A DNA stretch of 39,509 bases from an uncultured Pseudobdellovibrionaceae bacterium (GCA_964429685.1 CAYSDE010000002.1:1-39509); one strand, 5' to 3'; shown: positions 15,906 through 26,522, counted from the stretch's first letter. Program-made: numbers and translations. The notes: a model not told the origin generated them from the letters alone.

Positions 15906-16949
15906 CTACATATAATGCCGTCCACCTCTCGGCTTGAGGCTGGTGAGGATTTCGTAGCTGATGGTGCCTGCGGCAGTGGCGACTTCATCAACCGTGAGGG
16001 TAGCGCCCAGCAGTTCGACCAGATCGCCGGATTTGGTGTGCGGGGCTTTCGAGACGTCGAGGGTGATGAGGTCCATCGAAACCCGGCCAATGATGGGAAC
16101 GCGGATGCCGTGGGCAACGGCTTCCCCGCGCCCGCTTAGGCTGCGCATAAGCCCTTCGGAATAGCCCGCTTCGATGGTGGCGACCAAGGTGGGCCGGTCA
16201 GTCATCCAGCTTGCGCCATAGCCCACCGTCTCGCCTGCCGGAACTTCGCGCACCTGCAGCACCCGCGCCATGTAATGCGCCACCGGATGCATGGGATTCT
16301 TTTGTCCCGGCGTGGGGTTGCCGCCATAGAGGGCAATGCCGGGGCGCACCATGTCACCATGATATTGCGGCCCGAGGAAAATGCCGGACGATGCGGCCAG
16401 ACTGGTTTTCAGGCCGGGAAAAGATTTATGGGCAATGCGGAATTTCCGCAGCTGTTCAACATTGGCGAAGTGGGCAGGTTCATCCGCACAGGCCAGATGG
16501 CTGAGGATGCCCTGCACCTGCGCGGGCCATGGATGGGGCCATTCTCCCTCGCCAAAGCCCAGCCGGTTCATGCCGGTATCGATATGCAGCCAGCAGGGGC
16601 CGTTCTGCTCCTGCCAATGCGCAACATCGGCGTGAGTGCTGAGAACCGGCACCAGCCGGGCCTCGGCGATTTCAGCTGCCCGACCGGAGGGTACGCCATG
16701 CAGTAACAGGATGGTGGCCTCGGGGATCAGGAAGCGCAGGGCCATGGCTTCAGGCAGCGTCGCCACAAAGAAGGTTTTGCAGCCTGCCGCCCACAATGCA
16801 GGCGCAACCCGGGCCGCGCCCATGCCATAGGCATCGGCTTTGACCACCGCCGCGCAGTCTGCCGCGCCAGCCATACCGGACAGCAGCCGCCAGTTGGCAA
16901 CCACCGCTTTCAGATCAACGGTAAGTCCGGGCGGGGTCAGGCTCGTCAT
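15906..16949 (-). CDS. alr: Alanine racemase
   Basis: AVVKADAYGMGA is the PLP-lysine motif. C-terminal VSMDLITLDV...ISYEILT is typical. The gene overlaps the dnaB stop by 4 nt. Confidence 0.88.
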   Translation of the reverse strand: MTSLTPPGLTVDLKAVVANWRLLSGMAGAADCAAVVKADAYGMGAARVAPALWAAGCKTFFVATLPEAMALRFLIPEATILLLHGVPSGRAAEIAEARLVPVLSTHADVAHWQEQNGPCWLHIDTGMNRLGFGEGEWPHPWPAQVQGILSHLACADEPAHFANVEQLRKFRIAHKSFPGLKTSLAASSGIFLGPQYHGDMVRPGIALYGGNPTPGQKNPMHPVAHYMARVLQVREVPAGETVGYGASWMTDRPTLVATIEAGYSEGLMRSLSGRGEAVAHGIRVPIIGRVSMDLITLDVSKAPHTKSGDLVELLGATLTVDEVATAAGTISYEILTSLKPRGGRHYM

Positions 16950-18418
16950 TCAGGATCACTATACTGCCGGTCTTTATCAAGATCGGCGAAGCGAGTGAAC
17001 TTGCCGTCAAAGAACAGCTGCACGGTGCCGACCGGGCCATGACGCTGTTTGGCAATGATGACGTCGGCGATGTTGTAGACTTTTTCAAGCCGCTGCTGCC
17101 AGGCGGTGTAACGCTCGTTGAAGCGGTCATCCGACTCGTTGGAGTGGCGGCCCGGCTCGTTACGCAGATAATATTCTTCACGGTAGATGAACATGACAAC
17201 GTCGGCATCCTGCTCAATCGAGCCGGATTCGCGCAGATCGGCCAGTTGTGGCTTTTTATCGTCGCGGTCTTCAACCTTACGGCTGAGCTGGGACAGCGCG
17301 ATGATCGGCACTTTCAGTTCTTTGGCCAGCATCTTGAGGCCCCGGGTGATTTCGGAGACTTCCAGAACGCGGTTTGATTCATTGCGCTTGCTGGCTGAGC
17401 CCGCCATCAGCTGCAGATAGTCAATCACAATCAGGTCAAGGCCCTTGGTGCGGTGCAGACGGCGGGCGCGGGTGCGCATCCCCATCACCGAGATGCCCGG
17501 CGTTTCGTCGATATAAAGCGGCAGCCGCTGCAACTCCTGCGACAGGCTGAGGAACTTGGCGAAGTCGCGCTCCTTGAGCTGGCCCCGGCGAATATCCTCG
17601 GAGGGAATCTCCGCCTGTTCAGAAAGGATGCGCAGCGCCAGCTGCTCAGCGGACATTTCCAGCGAGAAGAAGGCGACCCGGCCGCCTTCCTTGCCGTGAC
17701 TGCGTAAATACGTTTGGGCGGCTTTGAAGGCGATATTGGTGGCCAGCGCGGTTTTCCCCATCGAAGGGCGAGCAGCGAGAATGAGCAGATCGGACGGATG
17801 CAGCCCGCCCAGACGCTTGTCGAGATCGCGGTAGCCGGAGGTGATGCCGCTGATGCCGCTATCACGCTGGAAAGCCGATTCCGCAGTTTCAATCGCCTGA
17901 CCAAGCGCCACGCTGAAATCAAGAAAGCCGCCGCCCGCTACCCCGGTCGAGGCCAGATCGAACAGGCGTTTCTCGGCGCTTTCAATCATCTTGTTGGCGG
18001 GCACGTCCAGATCGGGCGAAGTGGCCTCGGTGATGATTTCGGTGCCGACGTCGATCAACTCGCGGCGCAGATAATCCTCGTAAATCGCCCGGCCATAATC
18101 CGCCGCGCCCGCCAGCGCTACCACATTAGTTTCCAGCGAGGCCAGATATTCGCCCCCGCCCACCTCGGTCAGCCCCTCATCCGCCGCGAAGAACGGCTTG
18201 AGGGTAACGGCGCTGGCCAGTTGGCCGCGTTCAATCTGGGTAGAGATGGCGGTGTAGATGCGACCATGCGTCGGCACGGCAAAATGATCGGCCTTGAGGA
18301 ACTCGGCCACTTTCTCGTAAAGCCGGTTATTGACCAGCAGAGCGCCCAAGAGCGCCTGTTCAGCCTCGATATTCTGGGGCGGCAAAGGTTTGGCCAAGCT
18401 GGCAAGGTCGGTTGTCAT
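16946..18418 (-). CDS. dnaB: Replicative DNA helicase DnaB (490 aa from ATG 18418)
   Basis: PPQNIEAEQALLGALL N-terminus, Walker A ARPSMGKTALA, and IVIDYLQLM. Confidence 0.93.
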   Translation of the reverse strand: MTTDLASLAKPLPPQNIEAEQALLGALLVNNRLYEKVAEFLKADHFAVPTHGRIYTAISTQIERGQLASAVTLKPFFAADEGLTEVGGGEYLASLETNVVALAGAADYGRAIYEDYLRRELIDVGTEIITEATSPDLDVPANKMIESAEKRLFDLASTGVAGGGFLDFSVALGQAIETAESAFQRDSGISGITSGYRDLDKRLGGLHPSDLLILAARPSMGKTALATNIAFKAAQTYLRSHGKEGGRVAFFSLEMSAEQLALRILSEQAEIPSEDIRRGQLKERDFAKFLSLSQELQRLPLYIDETPGISVMGMRTRARRLHRTKGLDLIVIDYLQLMAGSASKRNESNRVLEVSEITRGLKMLAKELKVPIIALSQLSRKVEDRDDKKPQLADLRESGSIEQDADVVMFIYREEYYLRNEPGRHSNESDDRFNERYTAWQQRLEKVYNIADVIIAKQRHGPVGTVQLFFDGKFTRFADLDKDRQYSDPE

Positions 18419-18542
18419 GGAGCGCACACTACCCAAAAACAGGGGCAAGAGGCCAGATTTTTTACGCATTCCGGCCAATAAAAAATTTCCGGTACGCGGG
18501 ACGTGCATTTAACCCCTTGGCTGTGCTAGAAGATTGCCCATC

Positions 18543-19550
18543 ATGATGGAACGAATCGCTAAACGTCTGGCCCATGCTGGCCTCTGTTCGCGCCGCGACG
18601 CCGAGCGCCTGATTGCTGACGGTAAGGTCAGCGTCAACGGGCAGGTGTTGACTTCGCCCGCTGTTAACGTCTCCGACTCGGATGTCATTCTGGTCAACGG
18701 CCAGCGGGTTGAAGACCGCCCGCCGACCAAGCTGTGGCGCTATCACAAGCCGGTTGACGAGTTGACGACCGCCCGCGATCCCGAGGGACGCGCTACGGTT
18801 TTTGACGGTCTGCCTGAAGAGTTGGGCCGCGTCATCTCGGTTGGCCGTCTTGATCTGAATTCGGAAGGTTTGTTGCTGCTCACCAATAACGGCGAGTTGG
18901 CCCGCTATTTCGAACTCCCGGCGACCGGCTGGCTGCGTCGCTACCGCGTCCGCGTCTTCGGCCATGTTACTGAAGAAAAGATCAGCGAGATGGAAAAGGG
19001 GCTGGTGGTGGAGGGTGTCCATTACGGCCCGATGGAAATCAAGGTCGAGAAGGGCGAAGGCCGCAACAGCTGGCTGGAAGTCGGCCTCAAGGAAGGCAAG
19101 AACCGCGAAATCCGCAAGGTGATGGCGGCGATGGAGTTGACCGTCAACCGCCTGATCCGCATTTCCTACGGCCCGTTCTCGCTCGGCACTCTGCCACGCG
19201 GGGCCATTGCGGAAGTTCCCCAGCATACCCTGCGCGAGCAACTGCCGGTGGCTTTGCTGAGCGGCCTGCCCGAGCTTGATACGGCCACTGGCAAGCCCCA
19301 AGGATGGGCCAAGGCCAAGCCGAAGAAAAACAAGGTTGTTCATAAAAAGCCCCTCGGCCAAAAGCCGCCGGTGAAGAAAAAACGCAAGAACAAGGCAGGA
19401 GAGCGCCTCGCGCCCGATGGTCGCCGTCTACCCAAACCCGACAGCGTCCGCACCAAGAAGCGCGTCGGCAAACAGCGCCTCCTGCAGGCGGCCCGGGGCA
19501 AGTTGAAAGCTGAGAAGGCGGAAGCCAAAGCGCAAGCGGCTGAAGAATGA
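18543..19550 (+). CDS. rluB: RluB/RsuA-family pseudouridine synthase with a Lys-rich C-terminal tail
   Basis: MMERIAKRLAHAGLCSRRDAERLIADGKVSVNG is an S4 domain. GRLDLNSEGLLLLTNNG is the catalytic Asp motif. The track start TTG 18534 is less likely than ATG 18543. Confidence 0.8.
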   Translation: MMERIAKRLAHAGLCSRRDAERLIADGKVSVNGQVLTSPAVNVSDSDVILVNGQRVEDRPPTKLWRYHKPVDELTTARDPEGRATVFDGLPEELGRVISVGRLDLNSEGLLLLTNNGELARYFELPATGWLRRYRVRVFGHVTEEKISEMEKGLVVEGVHYGPMEIKVEKGEGRNSWLEVGLKEGKNREIRKVMAAMELTVNRLIRISYGPFSLGTLPRGAIAEVPQHTLREQLPVALLSGLPELDTATGKPQGWAKAKPKKNKVVHKKPLGQKPPVKKKRKNKAGERLAPDGRRLPKPDSVRTKKRVGKQRLLQAARGKLKAEKAEAKAQAAEE

Positions 19551-20095
19551 TTCGTATCATCGCCGGCAAGCATCGCTCGCGTCAATTGCAGCTGCCCGAA
19601 ATCGAGGGAATCCGCCCGACCACCGACAAGGTGCGCGAAGCGCTGTTCAGCATGTTGACCCATCGCCTCGGGACTTTTGAAGGGGTATGGGTTTGTGATG
19701 CCTTCTGCGGCACTGGCGCTTACGGGCTGGAAGCCATTTCACGCGGGGCCGAAAAAACTTTCTTCCTCGATCAGGACAGAACGGCGTTAACGCTGGCCAA
19801 ACGCAATGCCGAGAGCCTGCGCGAGTTGGCCAAATGCGGCTTTGTGCAAACCGATGTCCGTCGCCCACCGTCCGCCACCAAAGCCTGCCACCTTCTGCTG
19901 CTCGATCCGCCCTATCACAAGGGACTGGCTGAATCCGGTCTGGCAGCGCTCACCGCTCAGGGCTGGGCCGAAAAAGCCGCGCTGGCAGCGGTCGAAGTCG
20001 CCCGTGATGAAGCATTCACCGCCCCGGATGGCTGGCACCTCCAAACCGAACGCAACCACGGCCCGGCAAGGTTGATTTTGCTCGAACTCAGCTGA
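19547..20095 (+). CDS. rsmD: 16S rRNA (guanine966-N2)-methyltransferase
   Basis: MIRIIAGKHRSRQLQLP...IRPTTDKVREALFSML...LLLLDPPY. The start overlaps the preceding gene by 4 nt. Confidence 0.85.
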   Translation: MIRIIAGKHRSRQLQLPEIEGIRPTTDKVREALFSMLTHRLGTFEGVWVCDAFCGTGAYGLEAISRGAEKTFFLDQDRTALTLAKRNAESLRELAKCGFVQTDVRRPPSATKACHLLLLDPPYHKGLAESGLAALTAQGWAEKAALAAVEVARDEAFTAPDGWHLQTERNHGPARLILLELS

Positions 20096-20103
20096 GGTTT
20101 GTT

Positions 20104-20625
20104 ATGCGAATTCACATCCTTGGTGGTTGTGGCTGCGGAAAAACGACCATGGCCAAAAAACTGGCTCAGGATTTTGGTCTGTCTCATTATGATCTTGATG
20201 AACTGAACTGGGACAACACAGCTGCTCAACACAACACCAAGGCCGACCCGCTCCGGCGCGATGCCCGGTTAACTGAAATAATCAGTACTGATAACTGGGT
20301 GGTTGAGGGGGTTTATTACACATGGTGCGCCCCGAGCTTTCGCGCCGCTGATTGTATCATCCTGCTGGAAACCCCGCGCTGGATAAGGCAGCTGCGCGTC
20401 ATGCGTCGGTTTTTGCGCAAACTGCTGACAGACCCGCACGGTCTGCGCCAGAGCGAGATCAAGAATCTGTGGTCTTTGCTATGCTGGAATCATTTTTATG
20501 ACAAAAATGATCTTGCCAAAGCCAAAACCCTGATTGCTGCTTTGGGACGCCACCCGGTTATCTGTCACTCTGAAACTGAGGTTAGAACGGCTATAGCTTC
20601 TGCAACAACACCGTCTGCCAGCTAA
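20104..20625 (+). CDS. P-loop NTPase/kinase-like protein (adenylate-kinase/FlaR-like)
   Basis: MRIHILGGCGCGKTTMAKKLA is a Walker A at the extreme N-terminus. Size is 173 aa and GC is lower than the surroundings. Confidence 0.6.
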   Translation: MRIHILGGCGCGKTTMAKKLAQDFGLSHYDLDELNWDNTAAQHNTKADPLRRDARLTEIISTDNWVVEGVYYTWCAPSFRAADCIILLETPRWIRQLRVMRRFLRKLLTDPHGLRQSEIKNLWSLLCWNHFYDKNDLAKAKTLIAALGRHPVICHSETEVRTAIASATTPSAS

Positions 20626-20734
20626 CGCTTGGGCGCCCATTGACGTCGGGAGTGTCGCGGCAATAAAGCAGCGTCAGATCAAACGAGTGGGCCAGCCCGG
20701 CAAAGTTGATCTTGCTGGAATATGGCTGAGGCCC

Positions 20735-21517
20735 TTATCGCCGTTCCAGCTGCAAGTAAAGAAAACGCGGGGTGTCGCCGCATTGGGGTTTATGATTGCG
20801 CCAGTTGTCCAGAGTGATGACGCCCGAGGGAATCTCTCCCATGACTTCGGGGTGCAGCCCCGCTTTGCTAATAGCGTTCAGCAACGCTGACATTGGTTTG
20901 TGATGATAGCTTGCCCGCTCCGGATGATTGTTCGCTTCATTCATGATGCTGAGGGCGTAAGTGGTGGGTGCGGTATCAAAATAGCCTTGGTGTCCTTCAA
21001 ACTTGGTATTGGGCCGGCTGGCCTGTGCCGCCAGCAGGTCTTCCTTGAATGCATAAGACGGGTGCTGCGTGAAAATATGGGCGCGACCTGTTTCCGGCTT
21101 GATGGAGGTAGCAATCGTATTGAAGAAAGCCTGCACCCCCGCCACCGGAATTTCCTCTACCACGAATATGGCTGTTGCTACGTCAAAGCCGGTTAATGGC
21201 TTGGCCAGCGGCGCACTGAGATCAGCCCGCGCAAAATCGATCCGGGAGTCATCTTCTTTCAAATCAAGTGCGGTTTTGAGAATGGCGCTCCCTCCATCAA
21301 GGCCCAGCCAGTGCTGGAAAGGGTGGTCTTTGAAATGGCGGATGAGATTGCCATTACCACAACCAAAATCGATCAATCTCAAACCGGTTGCCGCGCCAAT
21401 GGATTCAGCAATCAGAGGGTAGATAAGGCCGGGGCGAATGGGAGCCTTTGCCATATCAAGGCCATAAGTATCGTTCCACGCCTGTGCAAAAGAATCGTCG
21501 TCCCATACTGAACTCAT
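20735..21517 (-). CDS. Class I SAM-dependent methyltransferase
   Basis: LRLIDFGCGNGNL is SAM motif I. I chose the start at the third ATG (MSSVWDD...) because GGGGGA lies 7 nt upstream. The track ORF extends to 21550. Confidence 0.7.
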   Translation of the reverse strand: MSSVWDDDSFAQAWNDTYGLDMAKAPIRPGLIYPLIAESIGAATGLRLIDFGCGNGNLIRHFKDHPFQHWLGLDGGSAILKTALDLKEDDSRIDFARADLSAPLAKPLTGFDVATAIFVVEEIPVAGVQAFFNTIATSIKPETGRAHIFTQHPSYAFKEDLLAAQASRPNTKFEGHQGYFDTAPTTYALSIMNEANNHPERASYHHKPMSALLNAISKAGLHPEVMGEIPSGVITLDNWRNHKPQCGDTPRFLYLQLERR

Positions 21518-21770
21518 AATCATTTCCCCCTGAACGTGGAAAATAGCCAAACAGGAAGGGTAACTTCAAGAGAATTCCACGACGAGGCGTTCCATGACAA
21601 ACTAACAGTCCCCACGGACCGGCTGATCTTGCTGGAATACAGCTGAGGCCTTCAGGGCCTGTCTGGCAACTGGTTAACAGAGTTGATGACAATGGGGATA
21701 TGACCAGTTCCGGTTAAAATACCCTAGCAGAACCGGCTCGGTTGGCGTAGTTTCGCCGCCGGAGATTCTG

Positions 21771-22193
21771 ATGGCCCTTATCCATGCTTCCTGCGTTGCC
21801 CTTGGTCCTCGCGGTGTCCTGATCCGGGGGAAAGCCGGGGTTGGCAAGTCCGACCTTGCCTTGCGCCTGATGGATGGTGGCGCGCAGCTGGTCGCGGACG
21901 ATCAGGTTGAAGTTACCCCGCAGGGCGGGCAGTTGGTGGCCAGCTGTCCGGCCAGCATCCGGGGCCTGATTGAAGTCCGCCATGTCGGATTACTGGCGAC
22001 CCCCATGCTTGACAGCGTCAGTCTGGCGCTCATTCTCGACCCCGGCACACCCGGCCTGCTGGAACGCCTGCCGGAGCCAACGACCATCATGCTGGCCGGA
22101 TTGGCGATTCCGGCACTCCGTCTGCCTTACTTTGAAGCCTCCACGCCAGCCAAAATCCGGCTATTCCTGCAACAGGGAGATATTGTCATATGA
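21771..22193 (+). CDS. hprK: HPr kinase/phosphorylase, short C-terminal-domain-only form
   Basis: VLIRGKAGVGKSDLALRLM P-loop and IEVRHVGL. The 140-aa form is typical of Alphaproteobacteria. Confidence 0.75.
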   Translation: MALIHASCVALGPRGVLIRGKAGVGKSDLALRLMDGGAQLVADDQVEVTPQGGQLVASCPASIRGLIEVRHVGLLATPMLDSVSLALILDPGTPGLLERLPEPTTIMLAGLAIPALRLPYFEASTPAKIRLFLQQGDIVI

Positions 22194-23116
22194 CCGCACC
22201 CGCAGCCAGACGTCGTATCGTTGTTGTTACCGGCATGGCTGGCGCCGGACTCAGCACCGCCCGCACCGCCTTTGAAGATATTGGTTTTGAGGCGATTGAT
22301 AACCTGCCGCTATCGCTGGCCGAGCAGCTGATTAACAGCCCTGACGCTTCCCGCCCGCTCGCTTTCGGTATTGATGTCCGCACCCGCGGTTTTGCCGCCG
22401 ACAAGGTGCTTGAGTTGATCGACAACCTCAACCAGCGCCCGGATACTGAAGCCAGACTGGTTTTTCTTGAATGCGAGAATGAACAGCTGATTGCCCGCTT
22501 CTCGGAAACCCGCCGCCGTCACCCGCTGGCGCAGGAGCGCCCGATTGCCGATGGTCTGGCGATGGAGCGCCAGCTACTGCAGCCCCTCAAGGCGCGAGCC
22601 AATCTCATGATTGATACCTCTCTCATCAGCACCACCGATCTGCGTCATCTGCTGCATGGGCATTTTCCGCCTGAGGGCGGGCGGGGCCTCGGCGTGCAGG
22701 TGATGTCTTTTTCCTATCGCTATGGCGTTCCGCGGGAGGCTGATCTGGTGTTTGATGCGCGTTTTCTCGCCAACCCCCATTATATAAAAGAGCTGCAGCC
22801 GCAGACCGGACAGGATCAGCCGGTGGGAGAGTACATCCGGCAGGATCCGGCTTTTGCCCCGTTCTTTCAGGGTCTTTCCCAGTGTCTGACCACCATGCTG
22901 CCGGGGTTCAGGCGCAATGACCGACCCTATCTGACCATTGCCTTCGGCTGCACTGGCGGTAAACACCGCTCGGTTTTCTTGACCGAGTGTCTGGCCCGCT
23001 GGTTTGAGGAACAGGGCTATCCGGTGGGCGTCTCTCATCGGGAACTGACCAGGAATGGCACCGTCAAACCGCGCATGAAGCCAGCTCCGGCGTCTTTTTC
23101 TGCTACTCCTTCATAG
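22190..23116 (+). CDS. rapZ: RNase adapter protein RapZ (YhbJ)
   Basis: IVVVTGMAGAGLSTARTAFEDIGFEAIDNLP...FGCTGGKHRSV. The start overlaps hprK by 4 nt. Confidence 0.88.
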   Translation: MTAPAARRRIVVVTGMAGAGLSTARTAFEDIGFEAIDNLPLSLAEQLINSPDASRPLAFGIDVRTRGFAADKVLELIDNLNQRPDTEARLVFLECENEQLIARFSETRRRHPLAQERPIADGLAMERQLLQPLKARANLMIDTSLISTTDLRHLLHGHFPPEGGRGLGVQVMSFSYRYGVPREADLVFDARFLANPHYIKELQPQTGQDQPVGEYIRQDPAFAPFFQGLSQCLTTMLPGFRRNDRPYLTIAFGCTGGKHRSVFLTECLARWFEEQGYPVGVSHRELTRNGTVKPRMKPAPASFSATPS

Positions 23117-24821
23117 CCGCCGCCCGCGCCAGCTGCAGACGATGCTGGATCGATTCTTCAGCCACATCCATGGTTCGCAGTGCCAGCGCTGAAAGCTGCA
23201 AGGCGAGTTCAAGATTCTCAGGAACAACCGACACACCGGGAAAACGCTTCAGCCGCCGGGCCTGCGAACGGTCAACAGTACGAACCGCAAGCGGCAGTCT
23301 GGGCCAGTGTTCACGACAGACCGTCACAATCTGTTCCGCAACCTCAGAGACATCGGTTGTCACCACCAGACCACGGGCGCGGGCAATCCCCAGACGGTCC
23401 AGCATGATATGCAGCCGTGCATCACCAAACCAGACCGGCAGATCGCGTGTGCGGGCGGCAGCTACAGCGATGCTGTCAGAGTCCATTGCCACCCACGGCA
23501 CACCCTCGGCCTCGAGAACCTCGGACAGAACGCGACCGACCCGGCCATATCCGGCAATGATGATATGCCCGTCAAACTGCAGATCCCGGAAGGGCATGGG
23601 CGCCAGCGCCGCCTCGGCTCCGAAACGGGCCGACAGCCGTTGGGCGAGCCCCGCCAGAACCGGCGTTACCAGCATCGACAGCCCGGTCAGAATCAACATG
23701 AACTGACCGATGTCCCCGCCAAGCAGCCCGTTGCTCATCGCCAGACCGATAACGATAAACGAGAACTCGCCCGCCTGTCCCAGCAACAGCCCGGTTTCCA
23801 GTGCCGTCGGCCATGACAGCCCGAACCAGCGACCAAGAACAGCAATAATCAGTCCTTTAAGCAGAAGAAGGCCCGGAAGCGACAGGCTGAGCCACAGCAG
23901 ATTGTCAAACACGGCGCGCAGATCCAGCCCCATGCCGACACTCATGAAGAAAACCCCCAGCAGCAAGCCCTTGAAGGGGGCTATATAGGTTTCAATCGCG
24001 TGGCTGTATTCGGTTTCGGCCAGCAGCATCCCTGCCAGGAAAGCCCCCAGTGCCATGGACAGTCCGGCGGCACCGGTCAGGGCCGATGTCCCCACCGCTA
24101 CAAGCAGCGCCAGCGCGAGAAAAGCTTCCTCGCCCACCGCTCTCGCCGCCAGCCTGAAGAGCGGACGCAGCAGCAACAGGCCGACCGCCACAATAACCGT
24201 GATGGCCAGCGCCGCCTTGAACCCGGCATTCAGCAAGGCGACCGCAACACTGCCACCCTCAGCCAGCGCTCCCGCCAGAACCAGCACCGGCACCACCGCC
24301 AGATCCTGCATCAGCAGGATGGCGAAGCTCATGCGCCCCAGCGGCAGACCGGTTGCGTGGCGCTCAGCCAGAAGCTGCATCACGATGGCCGTGGACGATA
24401 GCGCCAGCGCCGCCCCCAGCAACAGGGAGGCTGACAGGCTGTTACCAAAGCCATGAGCAATGAATCCGATAATCACAGAGGTCACCACGAACTGAAGCCC
24501 GCCCAGACCCAGCACATAACGCCGCAACGACCACAGCCGTCCCACGGACAGCTCAAGCCCGATGACGAAAAGCAGTAGAACAACCCCGAGTTCGGCCAGC
24601 GCCTGAACTTCCTGCCCATTCCGGATGACAGCGGCCGCAAGGAAATGATCTGCCGGAACCACAAGTCCAATACCGTAGGGGCCAATCAGAAGACCGGCCA
24701 GCAGATAGGCCAGCACAGGGCTCAGACTGAACCTCTGGAACAGGGGAACCAGAATGCCGGAAGCGGCCAGCAACGTAATGGCTTCAAGCAGAAAGGGGAT
24801 ATGCAACTGCGGCTGTTCCAT
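23103..24821 (-). CDS. CPA2-family monovalent cation:proton antiporter with a C-terminal RCK/TrkA-N domain (Kef-like)
   Basis: 572 aa. There are ~12 hydrophobic segments followed by IIIAGYGRVGRVLSEVL, a Rossmann GxGxxG motif. Confidence 0.8.
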   Translation of the reverse strand: MEQPQLHIPFLLEAITLLAASGILVPLFQRFSLSPVLAYLLAGLLIGPYGIGLVVPADHFLAAAVIRNGQEVQALAELGVVLLLFVIGLELSVGRLWSLRRYVLGLGGLQFVVTSVIIGFIAHGFGNSLSASLLLGAALALSSTAIVMQLLAERHATGLPLGRMSFAILLMQDLAVVPVLVLAGALAEGGSVAVALLNAGFKAALAITVIVAVGLLLLRPLFRLAARAVGEEAFLALALLVAVGTSALTGAAGLSMALGAFLAGMLLAETEYSHAIETYIAPFKGLLLGVFFMSVGMGLDLRAVFDNLLWLSLSLPGLLLLKGLIIAVLGRWFGLSWPTALETGLLLGQAGEFSFIVIGLAMSNGLLGGDIGQFMLILTGLSMLVTPVLAGLAQRLSARFGAEAALAPMPFRDLQFDGHIIIAGYGRVGRVLSEVLEAEGVPWVAMDSDSIAVAAARTRDLPVWFGDARLHIMLDRLGIARARGLVVTTDVSEVAEQIVTVCREHWPRLPLAVRTVDRSQARRLKRFPGVSVVPENLELALQLSALALRTMDVAEESIQHRLQLARAAAMKE

Positions 24822-24831
24822 GCCACATAGT

Positions 24832-26052
24832 ATGACCCCGTTTCAGAGGAGATGCCAGAGCGTGTTGCGGAAACATTTACGCTATTTTTCGGACGGCGCA
24901 TTTTCGAGCCGTCACCTCAACCTGCTCAACCTCCATATCGGCCTGGTCAATTTCGGGCAGATTCTGCGGCTGTCGGTCAGCGCGGTTTTCTTCCTCACGC
25001 TTGGCATGAGTCTTGCGGCCACCTGTCTGGCGATGGGGGCGCTGATCGGGCTGCGCTGGGTGCTGCGGACCCCGCTCATCCTCATTCCCCACCGCTACGG
25101 CACCAAGCCTGCGCTTGTCATCGGCCAGATCATGCTGGCGCTGGCCTTCTGCCTGTACGGTGTGATCGACCATAATGGCCCGCTGCTCTGGGCCACGCTG
25201 GTGCTGATGGCAGGCGGCGAGGCGCTGTACTGGCACGCCGTCCACACCACCTTTGCCACTCTGTCCGAACACGGAAAGTTCGGGCGGCAACTGGCGGCCC
25301 GCGGCATTTTCATGAGTGTCGGCGCCATTCTCGCCCATCTCGCCACCGGAGCCTTGCAAACCGATCTCGGCTGGGCGGCGCTGTTCATCCTGACCGCCCT
25401 GACCCTGTTCTGCAGCCTCCTGCCGCTCTTTTTCATGCCCGAACCCTGCCCGCCCAAGCCGATGCACTGGGGTAAGGGATTCCATATCAGCAAGAAAGGC
25501 ATGAAGCTGTTCGGCGGCTGGGGCGCGGCCAGCGCGGTGCTGGCGGTAATCTGGCCGATTATCATCTATCAACAGTTCGGCAGCGTCAGAAGCCTTGGCT
25601 ACATGATGACCGCCACCACCCTGCTCGGCCTGCTCATCAGTATCTTCATTGCCAGACGCATCGACATTGGCAAGGGACGTGGCCCGGCCATGATCGGCGC
25701 CCTGCTCTACATGCTGGCTGTTTCGCTGCTCGCCTTGTTCGGACGCGACCCGTTATCAATTGCCCTGCTCAGCGCCCTACTTAATCTGGCGGCCAGCGCC
25801 TTCACCCAGCCCTATAACGCCGCCCTTTACCAATGGGCCAAAGAAACCCATGATCCGCTGTGGTTTCATTACTGGTCGGAATTCGGCTGGGATCTCGGCA
25901 ATCTGGTCGTGCTGTGGAGCGCCGCCCTCCTCCTTTACCTCCACCCCACGCTTGACCTGCGCTGGCTGATGCTGGCCGTCTTCCCCGCCTGCCTGTGGTG
26001 TTTGTATATTTATGTGCGGTATGCACCGAAATCGGAGACAAGGCCATCATGA
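24832..26052 (+). CDS. Polytopic membrane transporter, MFS-like
   Basis: It has multiple TM segments. I chose the start at ATG 24832 to avoid overlap with the divergent antiporter start. The family call is tentative. Confidence 0.5.
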   Translation: MTPFQRRCQSVLRKHLRYFSDGAFSSRHLNLLNLHIGLVNFGQILRLSVSAVFFLTLGMSLAATCLAMGALIGLRWVLRTPLILIPHRYGTKPALVIGQIMLALAFCLYGVIDHNGPLLWATLVLMAGGEALYWHAVHTTFATLSEHGKFGRQLAARGIFMSVGAILAHLATGALQTDLGWAALFILTALTLFCSLLPLFFMPEPCPPKPMHWGKGFHISKKGMKLFGGWGAASAVLAVIWPIIIYQQFGSVRSLGYMMTATTLLGLLISIFIARRIDIGKGRGPAMIGALLYMLAVSLLALFGRDPLSIALLSALLNLAASAFTQPYNAALYQWAKETHDPLWFHYWSEFGWDLGNLVVLWSAALLLYLHPTLDLRWLMLAVFPACLWCLYIYVRYAPKSETRPS

Positions 26053-26513
26053 CCAACCAGCCTCCCTATTGCATCGATAATTTCAAGGCCGATGATCAGG
26101 AAGCCTGGAGCAGGCACTGGATCGGCTATATGGGCAGTCATCATCCCCCTGCCATTCAGCCCGCAGTCATGGATACCAACTGGAAAACCATTATGGCTCA
26201 GGATGGGCGCCTGCTGGCTTGGGCCCTGCGCGATGCCGCCGGAGGCTGTCAGGGCTTTGCCCATATCACTACCCAGTACAGCACCGAGGCGGGGCTTGAT
26301 GAAGCCTATCTGATGGATCTCTATGTCGATCCGGCGCACCGGGGCCATGGAGCGGGGCATCTGCTGATGCAACACGTTATTGAGGACTGCCACCGCAAAG
26401 GCCTCTACCGCCTGTTCTGGATCACTGTGCCGGGGGTTGAGTATAACCGCCGCTTTTATGAGAAATATGCGCAGGGCCGCAGCTGGGATCGGTATTTTGT
26501 TACGACGAAATAG
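26049..26513 (+). CDS. GNAT family N-acetyltransferase
   Basis: LMDLYVDPAHRGHGAGHLLMQHVIEDC is the R/QxxGxG/A motif. ATG 26049 overlaps the upstream stop by 4 nt. Confidence 0.75.
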   Translation: MTNQPPYCIDNFKADDQEAWSRHWIGYMGSHHPPAIQPAVMDTNWKTIMAQDGRLLAWALRDAAGGCQGFAHITTQYSTEAGLDEAYLMDLYVDPAHRGHGAGHLLMQHVIEDCHRKGLYRLFWITVPGVEYNRRFYEKYAQGRSWDRYFVTTK

Positions 26514-26522
26514 GCCTGCTCC

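Noticed and set aside
18462-19361. Long antisense or shadow ORFs appear opposite real genes. Examples: 18462-19361(-), 6728-7444(+), 17714-18481(+), 29173-30045(+), 29672-30745(-), 32365-33366(-), 33661-34548(-), 35362-36354(+), 37352-39250(+).
   Set aside because: Each lies fully inside a confidently identified gene on the other strand. Each has the Arg/Gly/Ala/Pro-rich composition typical of off-frame translation in GC-rich DNA. None shows a recognisable motif.
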